Shown here: piece after piece, positions 29,139-39,161 of the stretch | Position numbering within the stretch: position 1 is the stretch's first letter | Layout of the letters: each line of letters starts with the position of its first letter | NCBI GenBank assembly: GCA_965223855.1 | Contig: CBDCXM010000009.1 | Span: forward strand, 1,184,001 to 1,248,000 | DNA length: 64,000 nt | DNA from: Candidatus Multivoradales bacterium | GTDB taxonomy: Bacteria > Acidobacteriota > Thermoanaerobaculia > Multivoradales > JAHEKO01 | Reading direction: 5' to 3' | Translations under genes and position numbers: made by a program | The notes under the pieces: generated by a model | Told to the model about the DNA's origin: nothing | Databases searched by the model: none | Seen by the model: only the letters and a program-made list of their open reading frames with translations

Positions 29139-32100
29139 CGGAGAGGACGAAGCCCGCCCAGTAGTAGGGGTGCCTCGTCCCCTCGAGTTCCGGATCCTCG
29201 CTGCCGAGGCCCAGCCTCGTAGAGCCTCGGCTCAGGACACCGGCTCCGCCGGGGAGCGCTTCGCCGGAGAGAGCCGCCAGCTGAACGCTGCGAAGAGCCT
29301 CGGCTCGACCGGCACCGGACATGAGCTGGCGGTACCACGAGGCCATCAACTCGCGGGTTGCGACATCGTCGATCTGCCACAGGGTCGTCAACTGGCTGCG
29401 TGAGCCGGCCAACAGGAGCGCCCGGCGCAGGCCGAAGACCCCCTGGCCGTCCCGCACCTCCCCTTTGCCGGTCTCGCACGCCGAAAGCGCGACGATCTCG
29501 GTACCCGCCAGATCGAGATCGAGCATCTCGAGGGCGGTCAGCACGCCGTCGTCGGTTCCGTCCTCGCGGCTGCCTCGCTCGTTGAAGCCGGCGAGCGCGA
29601 GCCCCGAGGCGGTCAGCGAGTCGAACGAGCGTCCATCCGCGCGTGGCGGGGCGTCGGGTGGCGGCGGCGGGGCGACGGTGTCGGTGGCGAGAAAGAAGCC
29701 GTGGGTCGCCAGGTGGAGGACCGCCGGCGCTCTTGCGGTCCGCAGTGCCGCCTCGCTGGCCTCGGCGCCGGCGAGGGTCACGGGCCCGAGGGCGGCCATC
29801 AGGGCGGAGATCTCGCGCACCTCGCCGGCCGTGCCCGGAAGCTCGGCGAAGCTGACCGCCCCGAGAGGGTCTCCGTCGGTCGTTCCTCCACCTTCGCCGA
29901 AGTCGATGCCGCCCATCAGAAGGGGCGCGCTCTGCGGTCTCGACTCGGTTCGGCGCGCCAGGTCTCGACCGCTCGTCAGGAGGGTGATCTCGAAGGTCTC
30001 GACCAGGTAGCGCCCGTCCTCGTCGACCAGCGCGGCAAAGGGCACCAGATGCAACACGCCGTCGGGGGCGATCAGCAGCCGGGTGCGATCCTCCAGGAAC
30101 GGGCGGAGAGGCTCGAAGGCGAGCCTCGACAGCGCCGCACCGAGGGCACGGACGTCATGGCGGATGTTGCCGACAGATTCAGCGAACGCGAGGGCCGCTT
30201 CGTCGATGACGTCGGCGGGCCCGAGGTCGACGGCCCTCACGCCGCCGAGAGCGTCGAGCACGTAGGCGGCGTAGCGTCGCGTTCCGTGGCGCCTCCCCGG
30301 CGCCGCCTCGAAGTCGACCGGCCAGTAGCCGACGAACTCGACCAGTGCGGTTCCACGTCCCAGCCCCCGCGTTACCTGCTCCACGGTGACGCTGGTTCGT
30401 TCGACGGGTACGAGTTCCGACAGGTCCCCTGCCATGCGCTCGATCGCGGCGTCGACGATGGCGATGTCGCGACGGTGCTTTCGCTCCGAGGAGTCGAGGC
30501 GCGCCCGACGGGCTCTGAGGTCGGCGAGCCGTTTCTGGATGTCCCGGGCCTGAACGCCGAGACCATCGTGGAAGAGCGAACGTGCTGCGGCCTCGACGTC
30601 GAGCGGCCTCCCCTTGCGGCGAAGGATCGCGCTCAGCGCGATCCGAGCCGCCCGTGGATCGTCGCTTCGGTGCAGCAGGTGCAAGTCGACCGCCCAGTTG
30701 GCAGTGCTCCGCCCCTGCTCCAGGAAGAGTCGCTTTTCGGCATCGGTGCCCTGTGAGAGGACGTCGATGAGCAGGGCCTCCTCACTCTCCAGGCTCTTCT
30801 CGAGCGCATCGAGCGCGCCGTCGAGGTCGCCGGTTCGCTGGGCGAGGATCGCCAGATTGACCTGGCTCACCCGGGCGAGGGCCGCTCCGCGAGCCGTCTG
30901 GGCCGCCAGCACGTCCTGGTAGAGCGCCCGCGCCGCCTCGAAGTCGCCCGAGTCGGCGAGCAGCGTCGCCAGGTTCATGCGCGCGATGTCGCTGTCCGGG
31001 TCGTCGAGCCCCTGCTCGGCGACCTGGCGGCTTGCGGCTTCGCGCGCGCGCGCCAGAGCCTTCTGCTCGCTGCCCTCCAGCCAGTCGAGGGCGGCCAGGT
31101 TGTTGAGCACCTGAGCTGCGTAGGAGCCGTCGGGCTGAGCGTCGAGGATCGGCAGCACCGCTTCGAACTCCGATCGTGCTTCGCTGCGGCGGCCGAGCTG
31201 CTGGAGGATCGAGGCGCGGTTCGAGCGCGCGATTGCCGCCTGGATCGAAGTCGGTCCGGCGGCGGTCTCCAGCGTCTCCACCGCCCGGTCGGCGCGCTCG
31301 AGCGCGCTCTCGAAGTCGCCCACGGCGTGCAGCAGGGTGGCAAGGTTGTCGTAGCTCTTGCCGAGTTCCTCCGGTGGCGTGAGTGGGTTGCGTTCCGAGA
31401 TCGACAGCGAGCGCTCGAGGTACGCGCGCGCCCGCGAGAAGTCGCCGCGGTCGCGCAGCAGCAGACCGAAGTTGTTGAGCGTCACCCCGGTCAACGGGTC
31501 GATCGGGCCGAGCTTCTCCTCCCGCACCGCGAGGGTGCGCTCGAACTCGCGCCCGGCCTCGTCCCACTCGCCGATCTCGTAGAGCAGTCCGGCGAGTTGA
31601 TGGCGGTAGGTCGCCGTCTCCTCGTGATCCGGTCCCAGCAGACGCTCGAACGATAGAACCACGCGCCGTGCGAGCGGCACTGCCTCCGCCGGCCGGCCCG
31701 CGTCGCCCAGGGCCAAGGCGAGGAAGGAGGCGGTCATCAACGCCTCGGGGTCGTCCGGGTCGCCCGCGCGGTCGAAGGTCGCGAGCGCCGCCTGGTAGAG
31801 CGGGATCGCACGATCCGGGTCGCCCAACTGCCAGTGGAGCTGGGCGAGTGCCGAGGCGGCTCCGGCAGTCAACTCGTGCTCGGCGCCGACGGCGTCCGTC
31901 AGATGATCGAACACGATCGCCGCCAGCTCGCGGGCCGCGTCGAGGTCGCCGAGCGCCCGGTGCACATTCACCAGCAGGACGGCGCACGCCGTCGCGTCCG
32001 GGGCTCGCGGATCGAGATGCTGCTGCTGGAGCTCCCAGCACAGGCGGGCCGGCTCCAACGCGGCCGCAGCCTCCCCGGTCTGCAGGTGTCCGAGAGCTGC

Positions 32101-32193
32101 GGCAAACAGCTCGGCGATCGCTGGCGGCGGTTCGGCGGCGGCAGCCGGCGCGACAGCGATCAGGGCGAGTGCGATCCCGATCGTCGACCTCAT
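29098..32193 (-). CDS. Exported TPR-repeat protein with CHAT (caspase-HetF) protease domain
   Basis: Signal peptide; many TPR_12-like repeats (LNNFG, DNLATL, LNNLAAL); PDGVLHLVPFAAL, HLATHGFF, LSACETG, LWQIDD, HPYYWAGF. Confidence 0.92.
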   Translation of the reverse strand: MRSTIGIALALIAVAPAAAAEPPPAIAELFAAALGHLQTGEAAAALEPARLCWELQQQHLDPRAPDATACAVLLVNVHRALGDLDAARELAAIVFDHLTDAVGAEHELTAGAASALAQLHWQLGDPDRAIPLYQAALATFDRAGDPDDPEALMTASFLALALGDAGRPAEAVPLARRVVLSFERLLGPDHEETATYRHQLAGLLYEIGEWDEAGREFERTLAVREEKLGPIDPLTGVTLNNFGLLLRDRGDFSRARAYLERSLSISERNPLTPPEELGKSYDNLATLLHAVGDFESALERADRAVETLETAAGPTSIQAAIARSNRASILQQLGRRSEARSEFEAVLPILDAQPDGSYAAQVLNNLAALDWLEGSEQKALARAREAASRQVAEQGLDDPDSDIARMNLATLLADSGDFEAARALYQDVLAAQTARGAALARVSQVNLAILAQRTGDLDGALDALEKSLESEEALLIDVLSQGTDAEKRLFLEQGRSTANWAVDLHLLHRSDDPRAARIALSAILRRKGRPLDVEAAARSLFHDGLGVQARDIQKRLADLRARRARLDSSERKHRRDIAIVDAAIERMAGDLSELVPVERTSVTVEQVTRGLGRGTALVEFVGYWPVDFEAAPGRRHGTRRYAAYVLDALGGVRAVDLGPADVIDEAALAFAESVGNIRHDVRALGAALSRLAFEPLRPFLEDRTRLLIAPDGVLHLVPFAALVDEDGRYLVETFEITLLTSGRDLARRTESRPQSAPLLMGGIDFGEGGGTTDGDPLGAVSFAELPGTAGEVREISALMAALGPVTLAGAEASEAALRTARAPAVLHLATHGFFLATDTVAPPPPPDAPPRADGRSFDSLTASGLALAGFNERGSREDGTDDGVLTALEMLDLDLAGTEIVALSACETGKGEVRDGQGVFGLRRALLLAGSRSQLTTLWQIDDVATRELMASWYRQLMSGAGRAEALRSVQLAALSGEALPGGAGVLSRGSTRLGLGSEDPELEGTRHPYYWAGFVLSGDAGPVPALQPRR

Positions 32194-32278
32194 CTTCGAG
32201 ACTGGAGGCACCCAGGGTACCCCCTGCCTCTGTGAACGGGCGATCCGCCCGGGACGGGCCGGCGCTAGCCTGAGAAGG

Positions 32279-33769
32279 TCAGGCCAGGTGGTCGGCCATC
32301 CGCAACGCCAGCGCCAGCAGCGTCAGCGTCGGGTTGGAGGTGCCCGAGGTCGGGAACACCGAGCTGCCGGCGATGTAGAGGTTGTCGACGCCGTGGACCT
32401 TGCAGTCGGGATCGACGACGCCGCGCTTCGGATCCTCGTGCATCCGGGTCGTCCCCATGTGATGGAAGCTCCACTGGGTCCGCTCCAGCAGGTCTTCCTC
32501 GGTGGTGAAGAGCATCATCCGGCCGCGGCCGTTGGCGCCGAGCCGCTCGGCCACGAGACGCGCCGTCTTCAGCAGGTTGAGCACGTCCTCGTCGCGCAGC
32601 TGCCAGGCGAGGTGGGAGCGGCGCATGCCCAGCTCGTCGACCTCGTCGCCGAGGGTGACCCGGCAGTCCGGGTTGGGTTTCTGCTCCCCGTGGACGGTGA
32701 CCCAACCGAAGTAGGAGTCGCCGCGATTGGCGGGTGGCTTGCGGCCGAGGCGCAGCTGGTCGATGGCGAAGCGGGCGATGTCCGGAGCGAGCTCGAGGCG
32801 GCGCGTCTCCGGGATCGTCATGCGGTCGAGCACCACGAGGCCGTTGGGGAGTTGCCGACTCTCCTGCTCGTGGTCGGTGATCCGCAGCACGCCGCGGGCG
32901 ATGTTCTCGCGCCCGCGGATGAACACCGGATCGTAGGCGCGCGGCACCGCCCGCTGCCAGTACGGGAAGGTGATGCGGCCGACCCGGGCGTGGAGGTGAT
33001 CCATGAAGTAGCGCCCGACGAGGTCGTGGTCGTTGCCGAGCCCGCCGCTCTGCACCCGGTCGTTGGCGAGCAGGATGCGGGCGTTCTCGATGGCCCCGGT
33101 TGCCAGCACGAAGTGGCGCGCCTTGAGCGTGAACTCCGGGCCGCCGATCGGCCGGGCGACGGCGCGGCGCACGGTGCGCGCCTGGCCGTCGGTGTCGAGG
33201 CGCGTCAGGTTGGCGTGGAGCAGGAGCTGAATCTTCTCGCTCCGCTCGAGCTCCTCCCGATAGCGCAGCGCGTACCGGGTCGGCGGGCTGATGTGGAAGA
33301 ACACCGTCTCGACGACGTCGTCGATGCGCAGTTGCTCGCTCGCCGTGGCGTCGTCGTAGTCGAACGGGCTGAGCTCGACTTCGCCGACGGCCTGCCGGTA
33401 GTAGGGCTCGAGAGCCTCGCGATCGAACGGCCACCCGACGTCGGCGACCCACGGGCGGAGCTTGAAGGTGTTGTTCTCGAGCGGCCGACACCAGCCGTTC
33501 CAGTGGTTGGTCGTCCCGCCCAGATAGCGCAGCCTCGTGGCGGCGAGGTAGTGATTCCGCTCATCGAGCAGGGTGCCGGTCTCGGTTCCGACGTAGAGCT
33601 CCTGCGTCGGCTGTTCGTAGGCGGGGCCGCCGCTCTCGAGCAGCAGGACCGACCTGCCCCGGGCCGCCAGTGCCCGCGCGAGCGTGATGCCCGCGGCACC
33701 GGCACCGGCGATGCAGACGTCGGCTTCGAAGCGTTCGCTGCCGGTGAGATCGTTGAGGTCGACGAGCAT
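32279..33769 (-). CDS. GMC family FAD oxidoreductase
   Basis: IAGAGAAG, LGGTTNHW, GRYFMDH, HHMGTTRM, SNPTLT. Confidence 0.92.
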   Translation of the reverse strand: MLVDLNDLTGSERFEADVCIAGAGAAGITLARALAARGRSVLLLESGGPAYEQPTQELYVGTETGTLLDERNHYLAATRLRYLGGTTNHWNGWCRPLENNTFKLRPWVADVGWPFDREALEPYYRQAVGEVELSPFDYDDATASEQLRIDDVVETVFFHISPPTRYALRYREELERSEKIQLLLHANLTRLDTDGQARTVRRAVARPIGGPEFTLKARHFVLATGAIENARILLANDRVQSGGLGNDHDLVGRYFMDHLHARVGRITFPYWQRAVPRAYDPVFIRGRENIARGVLRITDHEQESRQLPNGLVVLDRMTIPETRRLELAPDIARFAIDQLRLGRKPPANRGDSYFGWVTVHGEQKPNPDCRVTLGDEVDELGMRRSHLAWQLRDEDVLNLLKTARLVAERLGANGRGRMMLFTTEEDLLERTQWSFHHMGTTRMHEDPKRGVVDPDCKVHGVDNLYIAGSSVFPTSGTSNPTLTLLALALRMADHLA

Positions 33770-33864
33770 CGGGAGTTCCGCGAAGCGGCGAGTCTAACCT
33801 TCCGGCCCGGCTGGAACGATCGCGGATGGGGAAGGGCAGCTGTCCGGGCGGGTAGGATCGCGCG

Positions 33865-34983
33865 ATGGAGGGTGTGCTTCGAGCGGAGGTCTCGGCGGGT
33901 GCCTTCGCCCACAACGTCGGTCGCCTCCGCGAGCGGCTGCCGGAGCGCGTCGAGATCTGCGCCGTGGTGAAGGCGGATGCCTACGGGCACGGTCTCGAGG
34001 TCGTCGTGCCGAGGCTCGCTCCGCTGGTCGACCGGATGGCGGTGACGCTGCCGTCGACCGCTCTCAGGCTGCGCGAGCTCGGCTGGCGGGGCCCGGTACT
34101 GACCTTCTTTCGGGCACTCGGCGCCGTTCCCGCAGGCGAGCTGAGGGACACGCTGGAGGCACAGATCGCCGCCGGCGTCACGCTGACGATCACCTCGGCC
34201 GACGATCTCGCACCGATCGAGGCCGCCGCCGCCGCTGTCGGTCGCGAGGCCGAAGTGCACCTGAAGCTGGATACCGGGATGACGCGCAGCGGCGTCCTGG
34301 TCGGAGGGGCGCGACCGGTCGTCGAGGCGTGTGCCGCCTCGCCGGTCCGTCTGGCCGGCGTCTACACGCAACTGGCGAGCGCCGACTCGGCCGATCTCGG
34401 ATCTGCACACGCGCAGCTCGACCGCTTCGACGACCTTCTGGAGGGCGCGCCGCCGGTGACCCGTCACGCGGCGAACTCGGCCGGCGTGCTCGCCCTGCCG
34501 CGGTCTCACTACGATCTTGTCCGGCCGGGCCTCGCGCTCTACGGCGCCTATCCGAGCGTCGCCATGGCACGCCCCCTCGACCTGCGACCGGCGCTTCGTG
34601 TCGTCGCGAGGCTGATCGAGACCAAGACCGCCCCCGCCGGAAGCGCGACCGGGTACGGCGGCACCCACACCTTTGCCGAGGCGACGCCGATCGGGCTGGT
34701 GCCGATCGGGTATGCGGACGGGTACCCCCGCCGTCTCGGGGGTGTGGCGACGATGAGGCTCCGTGGCCGGGACGTCCCGGTGTGTGGCCGCGTGTCGATG
34801 GACCAGGCGGTCGTCGACCTTTCCGCGGTGCCGGAAGCTCGGGTCGGCGACGAGATCGAGGTGATCTCGAACGACCCCGATGCTCCGCACAGCCTCGAGC
34901 GGCTGGCCGCGCTCGCCGACACGATCCCGTACGAGATCTGCTGCGCACTCGGTGCGCGCGCCACCAGGATCGGAGTAGCCTAG
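33865..34983 (+). CDS. alr: Alanine racemase
   Basis: AVVKADAYGHG (PLP Lys), KLDTGMTRSG, HAANSA, GYGG, PIGYADG, GRVSMDQ, TIPYEI. Confidence 0.94.
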   Translation: MEGVLRAEVSAGAFAHNVGRLRERLPERVEICAVVKADAYGHGLEVVVPRLAPLVDRMAVTLPSTALRLRELGWRGPVLTFFRALGAVPAGELRDTLEAQIAAGVTLTITSADDLAPIEAAAAAVGREAEVHLKLDTGMTRSGVLVGGARPVVEACAASPVRLAGVYTQLASADSADLGSAHAQLDRFDDLLEGAPPVTRHAANSAGVLALPRSHYDLVRPGLALYGAYPSVAMARPLDLRPALRVVARLIETKTAPAGSATGYGGTHTFAEATPIGLVPIGYADGYPRRLGGVATMRLRGRDVPVCGRVSMDQAVVDLSAVPEARVGDEIEVISNDPDAPHSLERLAALADTIPYEICCALGARATRIGVA

Positions 34984-35031
34984 TGAGCGGCAAGCCCCGA
35001 TAAGGGAGTTGCCGTCCACCAGGGATTCCCC

Positions 35032-36735
35032 ATGCGGCTCGAACGACGACTCCGACACGCCCGCGGTGACGACCCGGTCGATCTCGTCCTGACGAACGCC
35101 AGGGTGGTCAACGTCTTCACCCACGAGATCGAGGAACTCGACGTCGCGATCGCCGGTTCGTGGATCGTCGGCCTCGGCAGCTACGAGGGGCGCGAGACGA
35201 TCGACCTCGGGGGAGCGTTCGTCGCTCCCGGCCTGATCGACGCCCACGTCCACATCGAGAGCGCCATGGTGCCGCCTTCCGAGTTCGGCCGAGCGGTGGT
35301 GCCGATGGGGACGACGACGGTGGTGACCGATCCCCACGAGATCGCGAACGTCCACGGCCTCGACGGCATCCGCTTCATGGCGGAGAGCGCCCGCCACGGA
35401 GTGTTGTCGATGTACATCATGGCGTCGTCGTGTGTTCCGGCGACCCACATGGAGACGAGCGGCGCGACGCTCGAGGCGGACGATCTTGCAACGCTCAAGG
35501 GGAGTCCCTGGCTCCTGGGGCTCGCCGAGGTGATGAACTTCCCCGGCGTCGTCCATGGCGACGAGCGGGTGCTCGCCAAGATCGACGCCTTCTCGGGGCT
35601 GGCGGTCGATGGGCACTGCCCCGGGCTGTCGGGCCGCGAGCTCAACGCCTACGTGGCGGCGGGCATCGGCTCGGACCACGAGTGCACGACAGCGGACGAA
35701 GCGCGCGAGAAGCTCCGCCGCGGGATGACGCTCCTCGTGCGCGAGGCGACCAACGCCCGCAACCTCGAGGCGCTGCTGCCGCTGGTGACGCCCGAGACCC
35801 TGGCGCGAATCTGCCTGTGCACCGACGACCGGACGCCGGCTCACCTGCTCGACGAAGGGCACATCGACGACATGGTGCGGTGCGCCATCGCCGGCGGTCT
35901 CGATCCGATCGTCGCGATCCGGCTGGCGACGCTCAACACCGCCGAGTACTTCGGCCTGCGGGATCGCGGAGCGGTCGCACCGGGGCGCCGAGCCGATCTG
36001 ATCGTGTTCGACGACCTCGCCTCACCGCGGCCGCGCGTCGTCATTCGGGGCGGCCGCGTCGTGGCGCGCGACCGGACGCTCCTCGACGGCGTCTCCGGAG
36101 CCCGCTCGGGAATGCTCCCCAACTCGATTCACGTCGACTGGGAGTCGGTCGAGCTCGCCGTCCCGGCGGCGGGCGAGCGGGTGCGGGTCATCGGCTCGAT
36201 CCCCGACCAGCTCGTCACCGAGGCTCGGGAGGAACGGGCGCTGATCGTCGACGGTCACGCCGTGGCCGACCCTTCGCGCGACCTGCTCAAGATGGCGGTC
36301 CTCGAGCGCCACCGAGCGAGCGGCGCGGTCGGGCTCGGGTTTCTGGCCGGCTTCGGGCTCCAGCGCGGCGCGCTCGCCTCGACCGTCGCCCACGACCATC
36401 ACAACCTGGTCGTCGTCGGCGCCGACGACACGTCGATGCGCACCGCGGCCGAGCACGCTGAGCGCATCGGCGGCGGCCTCGTCGTCGCCGAGGGCGAACA
36501 GGTCGTCGCCGACGTGCCGCTACCGCTCGCCGGCCTGATGAGCGACCGCCCGATCGAGGAGGTCCGCGACGGCCTCGACGCCGCGATCGCCGCCTCCCGC
36601 GAGCGTGGCGCGACGCTCGAAGACCCGTTCATGGCCCTGAGCTTCATGGCCCTCGAGGTCATCCCGAGCCTCAAGCTGACCGACCAGGGCCTCGTCGACG
36701 TCGATCGTTTCGAGATCGTTCCGCTCTGGGTCTGA
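35032..36735 (+). CDS. ade: Adenine deaminase (AdeC type)
   Basis: DAHVHIES, DPHEIANV, EVMNFPGV, DGHCP, SDHEC, CTDD, AHDHHN. Confidence 0.95.
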   Translation: MRLERRLRHARGDDPVDLVLTNARVVNVFTHEIEELDVAIAGSWIVGLGSYEGRETIDLGGAFVAPGLIDAHVHIESAMVPPSEFGRAVVPMGTTTVVTDPHEIANVHGLDGIRFMAESARHGVLSMYIMASSCVPATHMETSGATLEADDLATLKGSPWLLGLAEVMNFPGVVHGDERVLAKIDAFSGLAVDGHCPGLSGRELNAYVAAGIGSDHECTTADEAREKLRRGMTLLVREATNARNLEALLPLVTPETLARICLCTDDRTPAHLLDEGHIDDMVRCAIAGGLDPIVAIRLATLNTAEYFGLRDRGAVAPGRRADLIVFDDLASPRPRVVIRGGRVVARDRTLLDGVSGARSGMLPNSIHVDWESVELAVPAAGERVRVIGSIPDQLVTEAREERALIVDGHAVADPSRDLLKMAVLERHRASGAVGLGFLAGFGLQRGALASTVAHDHHNLVVVGADDTSMRTAAEHAERIGGGLVVAEGEQVVADVPLPLAGLMSDRPIEEVRDGLDAAIAASRERGATLEDPFMALSFMALEVIPSLKLTDQGLVDVDRFEIVPLWV

Positions 36736-36842
36736 TCCGCTCGGCCGGATTGTTCGGTTCACCTGACTGGAGCGAGCTCGAAGGCTTGCTGCACTGACCG
36801 GGGACCGGTGCTGGCAGGGCAGTTGCATTCTCGCTCCAGTGG

Positions 36843-37634
36843 ATGAGGTTGTTTGTGCCACTGCTGCTTTGGTGCCTGTCGCCGGTGCTCAATGCGGAGG
36901 TCGCTGCTGAGTCGTCGGGGCCGCGACTGGCTCTCCACCAAGACTCCGATGTCTCCTGCGGAGAGCACTGCCTGTGGGTGAAGCTGGCAGGAGAGTCGCC
37001 GGAGAGGGTCGCTCCGGTCGCCGAGTACCTCCTCGGGACTATCGTCGACGAGCTGGATCAGCGGCACAGGGGCGTGCCTGGGGAGCACGACCTCGCTGCG
37101 GTGAAGAGGGCTGTTTCGAAGCTGGTTCGACACGGAAGCTGGCACGACGAATGGGGGCGCCGACTCGCTGTGAGGCCCGGGACCTACGAAGGTCCCCAAG
37201 GTGGAGTGAGGTCGGTGGAACTCCTCAGTCTCGGCGCCGACGGTCGGCGGGACACGAGCGACGACGTGAGGCTCGCCGCATTCACTGCAGGCCTCTCGGT
37301 CGTCTTGCTGCCCGACGCCGTGGGAGTGCCGCCACTAGGGGGAACCCTGGTCGCCATGGTCGTGGACGATCAGGGTGAGCCCTTGCCCGCTGTCACGGTC
37401 GCAGTTGAGAACTCGGAGGTGTCGCGGGTGCTGGCTACCGATGAGAAGGGACGTGCCGTCTTCGAGGGTCTGGTCGTCGGCCGCTACACAGTGAACGTCG
37501 AGTTGGACGGCTTCTCCCCCGTCATCTACCCCGACGTGACGATCGACGAACGCTCGGCGCGGGGTCTCTCGATCGAGCTCTTCCCAGCGATCGAGTGCTG
37601 GATCGAGATCTCGGCCTCCGGTGACGGGAACTGA
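36843..37634 (+). CDS. Exported protein with GspG-like C-terminal-loop motif and carboxypeptidase-regulatory-like domain
   Basis: Signal peptide; DEWG…SLGADGRRDTSDD; V.DDQGEPLP…TDEKGRAVFEGL..GRYTV…L.GF. Confidence 0.65.
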   Translation: MRLFVPLLLWCLSPVLNAEVAAESSGPRLALHQDSDVSCGEHCLWVKLAGESPERVAPVAEYLLGTIVDELDQRHRGVPGEHDLAAVKRAVSKLVRHGSWHDEWGRRLAVRPGTYEGPQGGVRSVELLSLGADGRRDTSDDVRLAAFTAGLSVVLLPDAVGVPPLGGTLVAMVVDDQGEPLPAVTVAVENSEVSRVLATDEKGRAVFEGLVVGRYTVNVELDGFSPVIYPDVTIDERSARGLSIELFPAIECWIEISASGDGN

Positions 37635-37778
37635 GGAAGCTGATCGCCTGAGTCTGACTGCCCGAAAATTCGATCGTTGAAGGCAGGCTCCTGAAGCGGA
37701 TGGCGCTGAGACCGCCGTTGCGCGACTCGTCCTCCCTCCGCGGCGCCACGAGGTCGCGGCTCGGGACTGAGCGCCCGC

Positions 37779-39161
37779 TCAGGGGACCGTCGTCGACCAG
37801 GCGGTGGTGTCGCCCGACTCGAATCCGTCTTCGAAGAGCGGCGCATCGAGTTCGAACTGGACCTCGAGCGCCTTGACGGTGAAGCCGTCCCACCACCAGT
37901 TGCTGGCGCACGCGGGCCGCGGGCCGACGGTCCAGCGGAACTCGTTCGTTCCCGCCACCAGCTCGCCCGGATCGAGGGGCAGCCGGAAGCTCGCCCAGCC
38001 GCTCTGACCGCACTCGGGAGGGTCGCCGCCATCGACGGAGTAGTCGATGGGGTGGACGACCCGGTTCGCTCCGCCGTTGACGCTCAGTAGCACCTGGCCG
38101 TTCATCGCGCCGTGGAGCTGACCGGCCAGCACCGGTAGCGATCCCAGGTGCGGCAGGTCGATCGTCGCGGTCTCGTTGTCGCCGATCGGGCGGTTGCCGT
38201 TGGCCTCGAGGTAGACCAGCCCGGTGGCTTCGAACGACTCCCACCTCCCTGTGACCGGGCCGTCGAAGCGCAGGTTGTCCCAGTGAAAGGTGAACTGGTC
38301 GAAGTTGTCGTCGTTGTTGGGGGTGTAGGCGTGGGTCTTGAAGAGCACGACACCGCGGTCGAAGGGGAGCCCTCCCGTCACCGTGACTCCCCAGGTGTCG
38401 AAGCTGCCGTCCTCCTTCTCGATCGACCAGTCGATGCGGTCGGCCGAGAGCTCGACCCGCATCCGTCTGCGGATGCGCCGGTCGTCGAGAGCCGGGTCGG
38501 CCGGGTCGATGACGCGCCAGTCGCGCCAGTCGCCATCGTCGACGAGCCAGCCGCCCGGCGCGACGTCGCCGCTGCCGACAGCGATCGAGCGGCGTGAGCC
38601 GGGCGAGAAGTCGAGGACGATCCGCTCGCGCGGGTAGGTCTCGGAGATCGGCAGCCACTCGCGGGCGGCGCCGATCTTCATCTGCTCCCGGGGCGCGATC
38701 AGCACCTCCCACCACGACCGGGAGTGGCCGTCGTTGATGTTGACGTCGAACTCGAGGACGCCGCCGTCGGCGAAGTCGAACTCCTGACGGGTCCAGAAGG
38801 CGCTCACCGAGTACCCCTCGACGTGGCCCATCGACGACATCATGTGCTGCCGGCAGATGAAGAAGCTCTCGTCGGGATCGGCGCCGTTCGAGCCGTGACT
38901 GGTGACGACCGGGTGCTGCGCCGGGTTCGGGGGAGCGGGGCCGGCGCAGTCCGGACCGTGGTCGGCCGGAAACGGGTCGAATCCCGGCTCGTGATCGCGC
39001 GGATGGGTGCGGTGAGTGGCGACGAAGTCGAAGTGGTCGGGCAGGAGCGCCTGCGACGGCGCCGCCGGGTCGAGCCCATCGAAGGTCTCCTCGAAAGCCC
39101 ACTGGGCGCCCGCGGGCGCCGTCGTCAGAAGGACAACGAGTAGGGTGAGAGTGGAACGCAT
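37779..39161 (-). CDS. Exported hypothetical protein with C-terminal LFEDGFESGDTTAWS tail
   Basis: GGAGG RBS; signal peptide; His/Trp/Asp-rich beta-type domain; terminal FxDGFESG motif. Confidence 0.75.
   Translation of the reverse strand: MRSTLTLLVVLLTTAPAGAQWAFEETFDGLDPAAPSQALLPDHFDFVATHRTHPRDHEPGFDPFPADHGPDCAGPAPPNPAQHPVVTSHGSNGADPDESFFICRQHMMSSMGHVEGYSVSAFWTRQEFDFADGGVLEFDVNINDGHSRSWWEVLIAPREQMKIGAAREWLPISETYPRERIVLDFSPGSRRSIAVGSGDVAPGGWLVDDGDWRDWRVIDPADPALDDRRIRRRMRVELSADRIDWSIEKEDGSFDTWGVTVTGGLPFDRGVVLFKTHAYTPNNDDNFDQFTFHWDNLRFDGPVTGRWESFEATGLVYLEANGNRPIGDNETATIDLPHLGSLPVLAGQLHGAMNGQVLLSVNGGANRVVHPIDYSVDGGDPPECGQSGWASFRLPLDPGELVAGTNEFRWTVGPRPACASNWWWDGFTVKALEVQFELDAPLFEDGFESGDTTAWSTTVP

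Noticed and set aside
29098-32193. Type III-E CRISPR-associated (Craspase) or gasdermin-linked defence locus
   Set aside because: No cas genes, array, gasdermin-like gene or other substrate gene nearby.
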